A stretch of 63,032 bases of DNA, counting the filler, from Lenisia limosa (Eukaryota; Protista; Breviatea), in the NCBI GenBank assembly GCA_001655205.1. It is 17 parts of 17 records of this genome, joined end to end, with 100 filler letters (N's around TTAATTAATTAA, not from the genome) between each part and the next. Parts side by side here need not be neighbours in the genome. Positions count along the whole stretch, not along the records: positions 9,802 to 11,257 come from LPNZ01001621.1; positions 11,358 to 14,077 come from LPNZ01009014.1; positions 14,178 to 23,708 come from LPNZ01005393.1; 14 more parts are not named here. One strand, written 5' to 3'. The notes under the pieces are model-generated. The model saw nothing but the letters and a program-made list of their open reading frames with translations, was not told the DNA's origin and made no database searches. Positions 9,802-22,044 of the stretch are shown here, one piece after another (the first letter of the stretch is position 1; each line of letters begins with the position of its first letter). Made by a program: the position numbers and the translations under genes.

Positions 9802-11065
9802 CAGCGACCATACAAACGGACACTACTCCGGGCCTGAATGCGCGTCCTGTTCATCGTGGGGGGGTGGGGGGGTTATAGGAGGAAGTTGAGAAAAGGTTGA
9901 GGTATTATTGTGGCTTTTTGTGGGGGAGGGGAGGGAGAAATGCTGTGCAGAAGGCGTTGGCAAGAAGAACAAGACATTTTATTATATAGGAAAATTGGTC
10001 AAGACTTATCCTGGTCACTGTATTTGTAATGACTGTACATGTTGCACCTTATTCTCCAGAAACGATAATAAAGATTCTGATCAATAAAAAAGACAATATC
10101 TTATTCAATAATTCATTGTAATTTATACCCCTTATGCCAATGATAAAGCAGTGCTCAAGGTTCTAACAGGACCATAATAATAGATTATATGACCTCCACG
10201 ATGATTAAAATTCAAAACATTCAAGATCTAATTCCCACAAAGCCAATATCTGACACGCCAGAAACGATGAAGATTTTGATCCCGATAAAATCAAGACAAT
10301 ATCTCAAACCACAGAAACATTAATGAAGATTTTCCAACATGACCAAGAAAACGTCAAAACCTCCCAGAAACGATGAAGATTCACAATATATAACACCCCA
10401 GAAAAGATCTTACACCCCCAGAAACGACGACGACGGTTATTGGAAGGGAGACACCTGCACTGAATGCCACGACAGCTTCAGTATGCCCGACTGTAAGTCC
10501 TGCACCAACGATGCTGAAAGCGGCCATTTTACAGGCGCTTTTTGCTCGTCGTGTGTTGACTCCGATGAGGTGGGGTTGGAGCTGTCCACAACATCACGAT
10601 TCTAAGATATATTGGATTATGGTATCAGGCTGAAGCCGTCCACACCATCACTCTTCTGAGATATTTTGGATTATTGTAGAAAATGCTAATTCACACGGTT
10701 CTTTTATGTATCTTTTTTATATGATATGGTGGATGTGTCAATGCTTATTGATACCACTTTTTCACCCCTCTTTTGAAAGCAAAGAGTATTTAATATACCT
10801 GGGGGTGAATCCTTGCGATCACATTCAAAAAAACCAAATGCCCCGACTGGCCCGGTCTTTGTCTGTTTTGTTGCTATCAACAATAGAGTTGATTTGGGCT
10901 TTTTGTTCCATAAATTTTCCAGTTTTACCCCCCCCCCCCGAGAGTCACGTGTTCAGGATGGCCATTTCGAGTTACCTGGGTGCAGGACCTGCGCCCCTGG
11001 GTTTGAAGCTCCCGAATGCACCACTTGCTCCCCCGGGTACCAGGGCTCCTCCTGTTCTCCAGTGG
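9802..11065 (+). CDS. Cys-rich repeat (laminin-EGF/furin-like) extracellular or surface protein, partial
   Basis: Exons 9802-9855, 10422-10569 and 10945-11065 join in frame: GHYSGPECASCSS|NDDDGYWKGDTCTECHDSFSMPDCKSC...GHFTGAFCSSC|...GHFELPGCRTCAPGFEAPECTTCSPGYQGSSCS (repeated G[YWF]xGxxCxxC). Confidence 0.75.
10845..10944 (+). repeat. Family B copy/acceptor of Cys-rich gene exon
   Basis: GACTGGCCCGGTCTTTG...AGAGTTGATTTGGGCTTTTTGTTCCATAAATTTTCCAGTTTTACCCCCCCCCCCCGAGAG. Confidence 0.8.
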
Positions 11066-11476
11066 TGAGGGGATTTTTATGTACAAAATTAAAAAGGGTT
11101 ATTTTTTGCAACTAGCAACGTTTTTTTAAAGAGCCATTTTTAGACAAGGATTCCCTAGTTTTTGTCGGTGATGAGGAGGGTTTAGAGGGTTGGGTTTGTT
11201 TGGAGTTTTGGACTATTAGGTTCGTGATAAGTAACTTTACACCCATATTCTTCATCGNNNNNNNNNNNNNNNNNNNNNNNNNNNNNNNNNNNNNNNNNNN
11301 NTTAATTAATTAANNNNNNNNNNNNNNNNNNNNNNNNNNNNNNNNNNNNNNNNNNNNGATAAGTCTTGACTGACTTGCTCTATTTCAAAGAAAAGGTCAA
11401 GACTTATCCTGGTCAGTGTACGTACATATAGTATAATGAATACACTTCCTGACTCATGATGTTGATTTTATTTAGA

Positions 11477-13671
11477 ACCTTGGAACCCGAGTTACGGTCG
11501 CTATAATGGTGAGTGACCACATCGCTTCTTTAACCCTTGAATAATTCTCAAGGAAGTCCTCCTTTAACCGCTCTTATGTGTGTCAGATGCCAAAAGAGTT
11601 GATTTTTTTGAGGCTTTTTGGTTTTGACAATTTTCCATTTTCCTTGATGTATAGGAGGACTTCACTTTGGTTTGAAAGAAGATTAAATTTCTCGATATAT
11701 CCTCGAAAACTATTGATATTTTACCTGTTTTTTTTTTCGAAACGAAGTGAAGCCCTAATTCAGTCTTTTTTCGAACCGAAGTGAAGCCCTACTGATTTAT
11801 CAATTGCGGAGAGTCTAACAGTGTTCCAGGTTTTATAGTATATACTATATCAGATATATATATGATATCTATGTATTTTTGTATCTATTCTATAGCTTCT
11901 CGAATGTTTGGCCATCAGAGTTAATTTTTATTATGATAAATTTCCACTGTCAACCCCCTCCCCTCCCTCCAATAATTTTCCAATTTTAACGAATGCTGGA
12001 GTGATGAGATGCGGTGCTGCNNNNNNNNNNNNNNNNNNNNNNNNNNNNNNNNNNNNNNNNNNNNNNNNNNNNNNNNNNNNNNNNNNNNNNNNNNNNNNNN
12101 NNNNNNNNNNNNNNNNNNNNNNNNNNNNNNNNNNNNNNNNNNNNNNNNNNNNNNNNNNNNNNNNNNNNNNNNNNNNCACTACACATGTAGGCGTCGGCTT
12201 AATTTCAGAATAATATCACGCTGTACCCTCCAGGGGTCTTGAGAACGATAAAAGGCTGGGTTAGAAAAGACTTAAGTTTTCGATAAATCCTCTAAAACTA
12301 TCGATATTTCCTGAACTTGAAGCCTTAATAGCAATGTTTTAGGAGTTTTATCAAATTGCCTTTACTTCTCTTTCACCAAAGTTAAATAGAATTTTATGAA
12401 ACATAAATTCCGCTTGACATTATTTACCCTCCCCCCCTTAGACCGACCATAGTGTCAAGGTTTTCAGCGCAGCCTTCACCGATAGGACAGATACCTCCCT
12501 CTCTATGACGTTTATCGACTATAATGTGGGGTTCTTCCATGACGTTTATCGACTATAATATGGGGCTCTTCCATGACGTTTATCGACTATAATGTGGGGT
12601 TCTGGGGAGGCATGCAGAAAGCTGTGTGTACAGAGTTTTAAGGCAAATGGTTGGTGAAATAATATTATGCTATAATTCAATATCTCGTAAAAGCGTGATG
12701 GTGTGGACGGCTTCGGTCAGATACAACCTTATTTTTTATTTCATAATGTGAGATGGAAAGACTGAATTCTTGATAAATATCGATATTTTTTTTGCGTGTC
12801 TTTCGGAACCGAAAGTGACGCCCATACATCCATTTCCAGGCTCAGGACAGCCTTATCACTTGAGTTGTATCTGTCATATAGAGAAAATGGACAGAGGAAA
12901 TGGGCCTCACGTCAGTACCATGTTTTGACCTCTCAGGAGGTTGCGGCTACCCCCGACCGGGTGTCTTTGTTCACTTTCGAGCAACCGACTCAGTGGTCTT
13001 CCAAGCTGAATGTTGGATAGTAGTGTTTTTGTAAAAGTTGGGGTAACGTAGTATCGATACGTCTAGGATATTTGATGAAACAAATAAAAAACAAGTGCTA
13101 AACCAATTAAAAACACTGAACCACCCTAGTTTTACAACAGATCCAGTGCTGCAGAAGCCACTAGCCTCAACGTTTATTTTTTTATTTTGTTGTTCTCAAC
13201 TACTCTTGTGTGTTGAAAGCCAACAGAGTTGATTTTGGGCTTTTTTTTTTGTTTTTTAATTTTCCAATTTCACCCACCCCCTTCAAAGGCTGGCTGGCTG
13301 GCTGGCTTGGTCTTGTTTGTTGTTTTTTTTGTTGTTTTTTGTGTGTTTTTGTGTGTTTTTGTCATCTAGTTTTTTGTCTAGTTTTAGCGTTGGTTGCTCG
13401 TGTTTGTTATTGCTTGTTTTTTTTTGTTTTNNNNNNNNNNNNNNNNNNNNNNNNNNNNNNNNNNNNNNNNNNNNNNNNNNNNNNNNNNNNNNNNNNNNNN
13501 NNNNNNNNNNNNNNNNNNNNNNNNNNNNNNNNNNNNNNNNNNNNNNNNNNNNNNNNNNNNNNNNNNNNNNNNNNNNNNNNCGGACACGTGGGTGGAGTAT
13601 GACCTTGACGAGGCCCCCATCTTGTTTGCCATGCCTGAACGCTTTTCTAGTGGCCAACAAATTGACGCAGT
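11477..13671 (+). CDS. Multi-exon gene of unknown function
   Basis: Short AG/GT-bounded open segments such as TDHSVKVFSAAFTDRTDTSLSMTFIDYN (12441-12525) and DTWVEYDLDEAPILFAMPERFSSGQQIDA (13581-13671). No recognisable domain. Confidence 0.4.
11657..11789. mobile_element. Family A1 MITE with duplicated right end
   Basis: CTTCACTTTGGTTTGAAAGAAG...CGAAACGAAGTGAAGCCCTAATTCAGTCTTTTTTCGAACCGAAGTGAAGCCCTA. Confidence 0.75.
11905..12020 (+). repeat. Family B tail followed head-to-tail by a B head
   Basis: ...AATTTTCCAATTTTAACGAATGCTGGAGTGATGAGATGCGGTGCTGC. Confidence 0.7.
12505..12603 (+). repeat. 34-bp unit in 3 copies spanning a probable exon-intron junction
   Basis: ATGACGTTTATCGACTATAATGTGGGGTTCTTCC at 12505, 12539 and 12573. 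Confidence 0.85.
12598..12745 (+). repeat. Family C intronic repeat (about 150 bp), most complete copy
   Basis: CTGGGGAGGCATGCAGAAAGCTGTGTGTACAGAG...GCGTGATGGTGTGGACGGCTTCGGTCAGATACAACCTTATTTTTTATTTC. Related copies at 34882-34988, 36027-36076, 37396-37432, and reversed at about 10625, 38790, 55230, 61560 and 62540. Confidence 0.75.
13200..13285 (+). repeat. Family B 3' half
   Basis: GCCAACAGAGTTGATTTTGGGCTTTTT...AATTTTCCAATTTCACCCACCCC. Confidence 0.75.
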
Positions 13672-14039
13672 GGGGGGGATGAGTATATACAAATTAGTTA
13701 AAACTTAGTGGTATCTTACCTCCATCTTGCTTTTCAGAGATATGGATTATGATATATAATACTTCGCGTTCACCTGTACTTCATTCTAAGCTAGGATTTG
13801 TTTCATTGCCTCAGATGTGGTGTCCTAGAATACCTTCGTCAAAAACAGTTCGTTTACGTGGCTACTCCTCTGGGGGTACTAGGTGGGGGATCGGTACCAG
13901 GCGGGTGAATGCGGGGAACATGATAGTTAATTGAAATACCAAATTGATGAGATGTGTTGGTTTCGTCTGAGAGTACAATATCCTTTTGAATGTATCACCC
14001 ACCGCCACCCCGCGTGCGCCTATTTTACTCCTTCATTTA

Positions 14040-14077
14040 TACGCTGGAGTGATGAGATGCGGTGCTGCAGAAGCGAC
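14040..14077 (+). repeat. Family B head
   Basis: TACGCTGGAGTGATGAGATGCGGTGCTGCAGAAGCGAC, truncated by a gap. Confidence 0.75.
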
Positions 14078-15129
14078 NNNNNNNNNNNNNNNNNNNNNNN
14101 NNNNNNNNNNNNNNNNNNNNNTTAATTAATTAANNNNNNNNNNNNNNNNNNNNNNNNNNNNNNNNNNNNNNNNNNNNTTTGATGTGTCCGGGAATTTTGA
14201 ATGATGTCCGGAGCTTTGACTATACATATATCATATAGTATACTATATATATACATTTTTTAGCTATATCTGACAAATTACAAAACCTTTAAATTTGTAT
14301 AAATGGGATAAAAAAAACAGATGTCAGTCAAAATTATAACGCTATGTTTCTATATTCATAATATTGAAGTAGTACACTTGCAATTGCGTTAATAATAACA
14401 TACTAACCCCTCACCCTCTAAGCAGCACTTCACCACTTACATTCTTCAAGCTCATGACCTCTGCTACAACCTTCAATGTTGTCAATCCCAGCAGAAATCT
14501 AAAGGATCAACCCCATTTTAATATGACAAAATTTGGTGTATATGTGGATTCACAGAACAAACAAGCCCCAAACCTTAACTAAACTCATCTCCGTGATAGT
14601 CGGAAGACGGACCATTCGAACCATCTGTCCGTCACAACATAAAAATGCAGACTCTGAGGGATGGGCTGTGACGGTGACGCGTCGACGCTGCTTGCCTTTT
14701 ATGGTTAGTTGTTGTCTAATACAGAAACAGTGATTTCACGCTAGTTTGATATATATGCGATTAATCTACAGACAACTCCGTGATAAAAGAAGCTGGTGTC
14801 ATTTCCCATTCCTACCTTCAACAACAGGAGGGTCGTGGAGGGGTTGGAAGGGCCGAGGAGGGGAGTCTTTCAGGTTCTAATTGATTACACTATCAAAGAG
14901 AGAAAAAGGATCATCAAAGTAGCTTGCTGTCAAAAATGATTATATGGGGACGAAGGAAAGAAGCTGTTCAAGAAGACTTCTCCAATATCACCAACACAGT
15001 AAAAATGTATTCGCCTATGCTTTTATGAAGTCCCAATACCCACTTGAACAGCATTGGATGACCCTCCGTGAAGATCAAGAAAGACTAAAGTTGGATAAAA
15101 AATAAGTGAAAAGGAAAATCTCTGTCACG

Positions 15130-16490
15130 TATCTTCAAAACCCCGAAACCCACCAGGGGCACCAAGACGAGGGCAGATGCAGACTTCCCCACGGTTTGTG
15201 GAGAGCACCATGAAGTGACTATCCGGAAGCCATGCCTAATACATAAAAAAATGCAATACACGGATGGCGAAGGGAGAGGGTGTTTCCGTGATAACCTCTC
15301 ACGGCGTCTGTAAACTCCGGGGTTTGTCTTGTCGACACTTGTGTTGCCTTCCTAGATATGTTATTCAAAATACTGTAGAGGAACGTGATGCAACTATACC
15401 AGTCAACCTAACAATTAGATCCCCCCCCCACCATTGCCTGAAGTACTCTGCCCCTAAATCCAGAGCCGCAACAGGACGACCAGATCCCGGCCTTAAATAC
15501 GCCAGAACCACAGTTTCCGAGGGGCGGTTCGACGAAGTGGGCTGCGAGGTTGGTGCAGCATTCATTATCACGGCCAATAAGTCAGCATTGCGATCTAAAA
15601 GATCAAACACTCTTATCCAAAAAAATTAAGCTGTCAAAATCCACCATCCCTCCCAAGCACACCCCATTTCAGAACAAACGGAGAAAGCCCGCCTTCTTCC
15701 ACAAACGTTGGGCTTGGAAACTGATGACCTGTTGTGTTAAATACCAAAATACTAACATTTCTCAATTATATTGAGCCTGACCTGTAGCACAGAACTTTTT
15801 GAGTGGAATAACGGAAGACAAAAGATGGGAGGCAAACGGATGGGGAAGTTCAGACTGAGGATCTGTTGATACTGAGTGGGTGGTGAGAGCAGGCGGAACA
15901 TCTATCATGTGATATCAAAAAAAAGCCTAATGTCTCAGAAAGACTTTTAACCTCCCACTGTCTTTGGAAAACGAAATGGAAAGGTCTGAAACGTGAAGAT
16001 GCTCATTGTAGCGCACAACTCTCGTAACATGCACAACATTTCCATCAATCTAAAATGGTTACATTGGACTAGAACTACACCTATCGATAGTTCTTCACAC
16101 CATCCCTTTTCAGAGGATAGTTAGCACCCCTCACAGGATTATTAGCAAATGCGGCAGTCAAACATGCAGCTGTTCCAATGAAGTTCGCCGACTTTCCACG
16201 GTCTTCAATAACAAGGTCTGTCGAGGGCAAAAGAAACCACTGTCCATCTTCTACATTTGTTAGTTTCCTATTTGACATTACAATCACTAATACTGCGATG
16301 CAAACCCAGAATATTACACTACAAAAAAACAGCCAACATGGGGTACAAGACCAATAATTACCCCCCCCCCCTCTAACGCCGTGAATGGTCTGAAGCCGCT
16401 GACACCCATATTTTCGCCGTGACGCTGACATAGACCACATGGCACCCATCATTGCTGACAAACAGTCTTCGTGGACCCCGATCTGCAGAG
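15130..16490 (-). CDS. Multi-exon gene of unknown function (some beta-propeller-like segments)
   Basis: Open exon-like segments RLFVSNDGCHVVYVS, GQWFLLPSTDLVIEDRG, IDVPPALTTHSVSTDPQ, TVVLAYLRPGSGRPVAALDLGAEYF and SHFMVLSTNRGEVCIC, several with GT/AG borders. Confidence 0.4.
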
Positions 16491-18280
16491 ATGAGAATAT
16501 CCATATGTGTATTATATATGCATATGAAAGATATACATGTATAAGTATGATATCATATAGCGATATAAAAAATATATAACTATATATATTCATCATATGA
16601 TATATACTATAGAGAGATGAGAAATAAAATAAAATTGTATCGCCCAAAGAGTATAGTGTCATATATATTACTGAAACAATATATCATATACACATCCGAT
16701 ATAATACATAGTATATATCATATTGAGTATATCATATGATGATATGTCAGAATGAAAAGAGGATTCCTCTTGAGAAGCTCTTCGGTAGAAAGAGTGTCGG
16801 AATCGAGAAAGAAATTCAAAAAAATTCTCAAGAAAATGATAAAAATGCACAAGGTATTGGTCACAACCCACCATCAGATTTATCAGGTACGGGAAGGTCA
16901 ACAACGGCATTTTCGATGTTATTGGCAACTCCAAACTTCTGAAGCCTGGAAAGTAAGCTCCAACTATAACGGAAGCTAAAAGAGTAAGCTTAAGACATAC
17001 CCCTTAGCAGCTTGAATCAGATGAATCTGTTCCTCCGGCGCTGTGATGGACGACACCAATCCCGACCTTCTGTCCCAAACCAGAACCTCTCCGGTCGGCA
17101 GACCTCCAGCAACAAAGAATCCTGGGAATTGATAACCCCATAACCTTCAACAAAAAGATTGTAAATGCTGATTTCAATAAATCGTTATTATATCCGTTTT
17201 AAAAAAATATTTCGAAATAAGTCATTGCAATATTTTATTATACTCTATCATAAGTGCTTGCACTTTCCATCACTTCTCCTATTGGTGATATGATGCCTGA
17301 AACTATTCCAGAATTGGTGATCAAATAAAGAGTTGTCTAACTGCCTTACCGTTTTCTGAAATGGCAATGTGTGAGAACCTTCTTCCGAACTTTTTAAGGC
17401 CAGATGAAACCTTTGGGGCCTTGGAAAGGTCAAAAGAGGAAGAACTTTAATTGGTGAATCATACATTTCCAGCCATAAGAAGTTCTGTAATGCTTTTCTC
17501 GTCATTTACAAGTAAAGAAAAGTCATAAGTGGACGATTTCTAAGGAATAAGCGCATAGAACGTAGACTAACTTCAACATGAACCCATGAACAACGCCCCC
17601 ATGGCTTCTTGCGTTTGACAGGAATCGAGTCCACCTCACTTATAGAGACCAACATGCTTGAAACCCCTTCTTTACATAAGGAGCACAGGAATTTTTTTCA
17701 CCATTTTCACCAAACTGGTTTGGACCAGTGTTCATTTATCTGAAAAAACAAAAACGCCCACCATCTCTGCCCACCCTCTTATGCTTATATATACACCCCT
17801 ATACACCACCAATTAACCAAGCGTGTCAAAACGGGAAAACGCGAACTCAAAAACAAACTCACTTGACAAAACCCAAACCCAGCCTTCTGAACCGGCTGTC
17901 TCATCAAACCAAAATGAGGGAATTAATTGGCCTATTCTTCTTGGTTGTATACGCTTCAGCTTTTATTAGGTCTGCCTTCTTATTTTCTTCGTCAGTATCA
18001 GTGCTCCTCTCACCAGTAATAGTCTCTCATCATCTAACTCATCACTGGAATTTCCTGGCTCCATAGTCGTCAAGGACGTCAACATTGGTGGGGGGGGGGG
18101 GGGTTTNNNNNNNNNNNNNNNNNNNNNNNNNNNNNNNNNNNNNNNNNNNNNNNNNNNNNNNNNNNNNNNNNNNNNNNNNNNNNNNNNNNNNNNGAAATTT
18201 CATAACAACAACTAGTTTTTCAAGAAGAAAATTTGTTCTGATGTACAAGGTGATTATTTTGATGATATGTTATCTCCGCA

Positions 18281-20033
18281 GGGCCTGGCGCCCAGTCTTT
18301 GTTGGCACGACTTGAAGCTCTTCAAGCAGAAATTGGCACCAAAGATCAAATCCCAAGTAAGCCACAAGGGGCTAAGTTCGATTTTATTTTTTATTGTTAT
18401 TCAGAGTCAATATTGCTTCATTTGTATCGCCTTCGGGGCGTTTGACCATTTCAGCTGTCGAGTCATGTGCTGGTCTTGGTGAATCGGTTGGCCGACAGCA
18501 AGTTATTATATTTCACAATTACGAGGAACAAGGAATACTCTTATTCAATAGCAATTAATATTGTCCGAGTATTACCCTGTCAGAAGAAAGTACTGCTAAT
18601 AATGACAACTGGATTGGTTCCAGCCTATTGCCTGCACTTTATGAACGAAGACTGGCTTGTCATTGCCAAGGCAACCAGCAAGTACCCTCCAATTGAATGG
18701 CTCTCAAAGACTTATGGAGATGTGTGCTGCAATATAAAGTTACCGAATTAGGTTTTGAAAAGAAATATTATTATTATTATGATATAATTGTTTCCAATGG
18801 GATGATGCCGTGTTGACATTCTAGGACTTCATTAAATTTGTTAACATCTTGGTGGCTTTTCCTTGTCTCATTTCCTTTTACATCCCAGGCAAGTGAGGGC
18901 ATTGCGGCCGCTGAAGAGTTCAGTATTTCAACCAAGAAAATCAAGTATATTGTGGTACCTGTTTATTCCGCTTCCTAACTTGTTTTTTTCATTGTTAGAT
19001 TATTTAATTTAAAAATAACGCTCAAGGTTTACCCCTGTTGAAATGCTTGGAGGAACAGAAGCGGATCTTTTGGAGGTTTTTGGCATGAAAGTGAGGGGTT
19101 GTGCGTGGGACTTAAGCAGATTCTGGATAATGGAAACGAGTTATTCATAACTCAAAAATATCGACACCACATCTTGTTCCAAACTCTCTAAGCTGGTGTT
19201 ACTTTTTAATGTCGGTAGGTTCCAGCAACGTTTACTCAGTCCTCTGCCTTTACAAGCAGTTCTGGTGAGAAGGACCACAGGTTTCATGTTGGAATACTAT
19301 ACTCGTAACATTTGTATTACAGTTCAAATTGCGCTCTTGGTGATATTGAGTGAGGTAAAGTACATTGTATTACCTTTCTGTTAACTCTTCAGCTACTGAC
19401 GGGTCTTGCGTCATAACCGACTGCTTTTTCGCCCCTGATGTAAGAGGAACAGCTCTTTCAAGGGGTTTGACGATGTGTACACACTAACCTATAGTCCTAA
19501 TTCTCTAGTATGTTACTGATGGTATTCGCTACGGCTACCAATGCGCCACTTTCGAATCTCTTATTTCGGCGAGAAACCCAACAACCGCTGCAGGAGGTTG
19601 GTAAAACAAGTATACTGCGCCTCAATTTGATTTTAAATTTTGAAAGACAGCAAAGTCATGTGTCATACAGAGAGAGAGGGGGTGTCATCTCGATACACTC
19701 TCCTTCTGCAACTCCAAACCCTACCCTGACATTCAAGGCGTTTCCTTCTCAGCCGACTCATCGTGTGCTGGAACAGGCAGAGCATTGGACGTCTTCCGTG
19801 AAAATGATAGCCATGGATGCTGCACTGGCTACTGTGACGTGTACCTTGCTTGTGAAATGAAGTTCGTTGGGGAATTTTTGCCCTATATACTCCTTCGCTA
19901 ATACATCAGGGAACGCATTACAAATTTTGGGCTGAACCAGTTCTCCTCGGTGTACCCTGAGCACAATTTTGCTGATGGTCCTGATCCTGTCCGAAGTGGG
20001 ATGAAAAGTGTCTGGCTTGCCTTGAGATAGTTC
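18281..20033 (+). CDS. Compact multi-exon gene, conserved-looking but unidentified
   Basis: Exons separated by short introns read SLLARLEALQAEIG, DNWIGSSLLPALYERRL, FTPVEMLGGTEADLLEVFGMK, GIRYGYQCATFESLI and ALDVFRENDSHGCCTGYCDVYLACEM. Confidence 0.55.
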
Positions 20034-20689
20034 TGGTTTACTATTTATGAAACCTTCAAGATATAATTTTGACTCCCCCCCCCCCCCNNNNNNNNNNNNN
20101 NNNNNNNNNNNNNNNNNNNNNNNNNNNNNNNNNNNNNNNNNNNNNNNNNNNNNNNNNNNNNNNNNNNNNNNNNAATTCACATAATTTGACATACCTTGTG
20201 ACAGATTTAACTTTCCTGCGTTACAACAATGTAGGAGTTGTAGACATGAGGGAAAGGAATAGATACATTATTATCCCATCAACATTATCATCCCATCAAC
20301 CATGGGGGAAAACCAAGTAAAGCAAAAGAAGTACAAAACACACACACAAAAAGGGAAAATATCTTTCAAAACTTAGGAAACAGGGGAAGGGGATGCAGAG
20401 GGGGCAAGTTGGGTCATTTCTTGGGATTCAGACTAGGATTAGTTAGACAAAGTTGAGGGTTAGGGATGTACCTTTCAACAAAGTTCCCATAATACAGTAA
20501 CCTTTTCACAAAACCAACCTCAGCTAATTGGGAGGGGCGCGGTTGGTTGTATCGACCATGTACTTTGGGGTAAACAAGCTGGCCAAGTGCAAGCTAGTTT
20601 GTTAATACTGTATTCAGGAAGGAGACAGCTTTCTACAGCAAATGAACAGAATATCACCAAATGACAAAATTAGATTAAGATACCCACCA

Positions 20690-21790
20690 AACCGGTGGTA
20701 AGAGGTCTTCATCATCATCCATCATATCGCCAAGGAGTTTGAGAGCAGCTTCTCGCGCTGCCGCGCCTTCCAAAGCCGCTTGAACAAAACCTTCGGATTT
20801 GCCAAATATGGGGTTGTCATTGGGAGTACCATCTTGAAGGTGAAAAAAATACTTCGGAACACTATCAGCGCACACAAAGGTGCGCATTCGAAAAAAAAAA
20901 AACAACAAATCAAAAATAAAAAAAACCCNNNNNNNNNNNNNNNNNNNNNNNNNNNNNNNNNNNNNNNNNNNNNNNNNNNNNNNNNNNNNNNNNNNNNNNN
21001 NNNNNNNNNNNNNNNNNNNNNNNNNNNNNNNNNNNNNNNNNNNNTACATCAGAATTGGGAGAAGAAACAGGCAGGGGGGAGTTGAAAGGGGATACCAGCG
21101 GAGGAATAGCAGAAACAACTGGGCGGGCTTGGGATGGTTGAGGAGAGACAAGGGAGGCAGGGTCATCAGCTACAATGGCACCTGAGTTGTAAGGTATTAG
21201 CCAATATTACGGATTCCTAGAGTTGTGTTATTATAGTTGATTATATAAAATGATGTAAGGGAGATGAGTTTCATGAAAGTAGTGAAGAAAAGAACAAGCG
21301 GTTTTACTTTTTCATACCTGATTGTACCAGCCCTCCAGTCGCAATCTCTTCTGACGACAAAGAAGGACTCAGCCGTCGCGGACTAATGGCAGGTGATGAG
21401 TAAGCCGTGCTGCACTCTGACGGCTCAATATCCGGGCTCATGGCCGTGGCTGTGTAGTTGTCTGGGTCCAACGGGTTAATGTCTGGTCCTCCGCCGCCAT
21501 CTTCAGAGTCTGAGTCTGAAGTCTCCGGTCGTTCGCCAGTACCTGGGAACTGGAAGAGGACAAATACGGACTTTCGCAGCGCATTTTGTTTTCGTTCGCG
21601 TTGGCGCTAAAGGCGTGAAACATTTATAAAGTCTCGCGTTACGTAGATGTGACAGGGTTACTGTTGAGCGAGGTGAACAAAAGGCAAAAACTTGATTGTT
21701 GCTAACCTGAGCTTGTCGGAGTGCTCGGGTGGGGGCTTGGTGGTTGGGGTTGTTCTGTTCAGTAGGCAAAAGAGTGAACTCGTTGTTCAC
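20690..21790 (-). CDS. Multi-exon gene of unknown function
   Basis: Open segments GFVQAALEGAAAREAALKLLGDMMDDDEDLLPP, GAIVADDPASLVSPQPSQARP and LANDRRLQTQTLKMAAEDQ. Confidence 0.4.
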
Positions 21791-22044
21791 CATTGGTGAC
21801 GGTTGTAACTGGGATTTGAGAGAAGTAAAATATTGGATAGTTGGAAAACTGACGAAGAACTGAGAAAAGAGCGACAGTTGAAACGGCAGACTCCTATTCA
21901 GTTTTAACTTAAGTGAAAGTGCGAGGCAATATCTTCTCGCCTTAGTTCAAACTCAGAGGCAGCTTTATCAGTACCTCCCCATTGCGAGAACATTTAACCA
22001 AAATCATATTTTATGTATCATGTTTAACCCATTTATTTCCAGCA

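Noticed and set aside
14040-14077. Family B as a box C/D snoRNA (GTGATGA resembles box C)
   Set aside because: The motif varies (GTGATGG, GTAATGG), there is no conserved terminal CTGA box D, and the high dispersed copy number fits a mobile repeat better.
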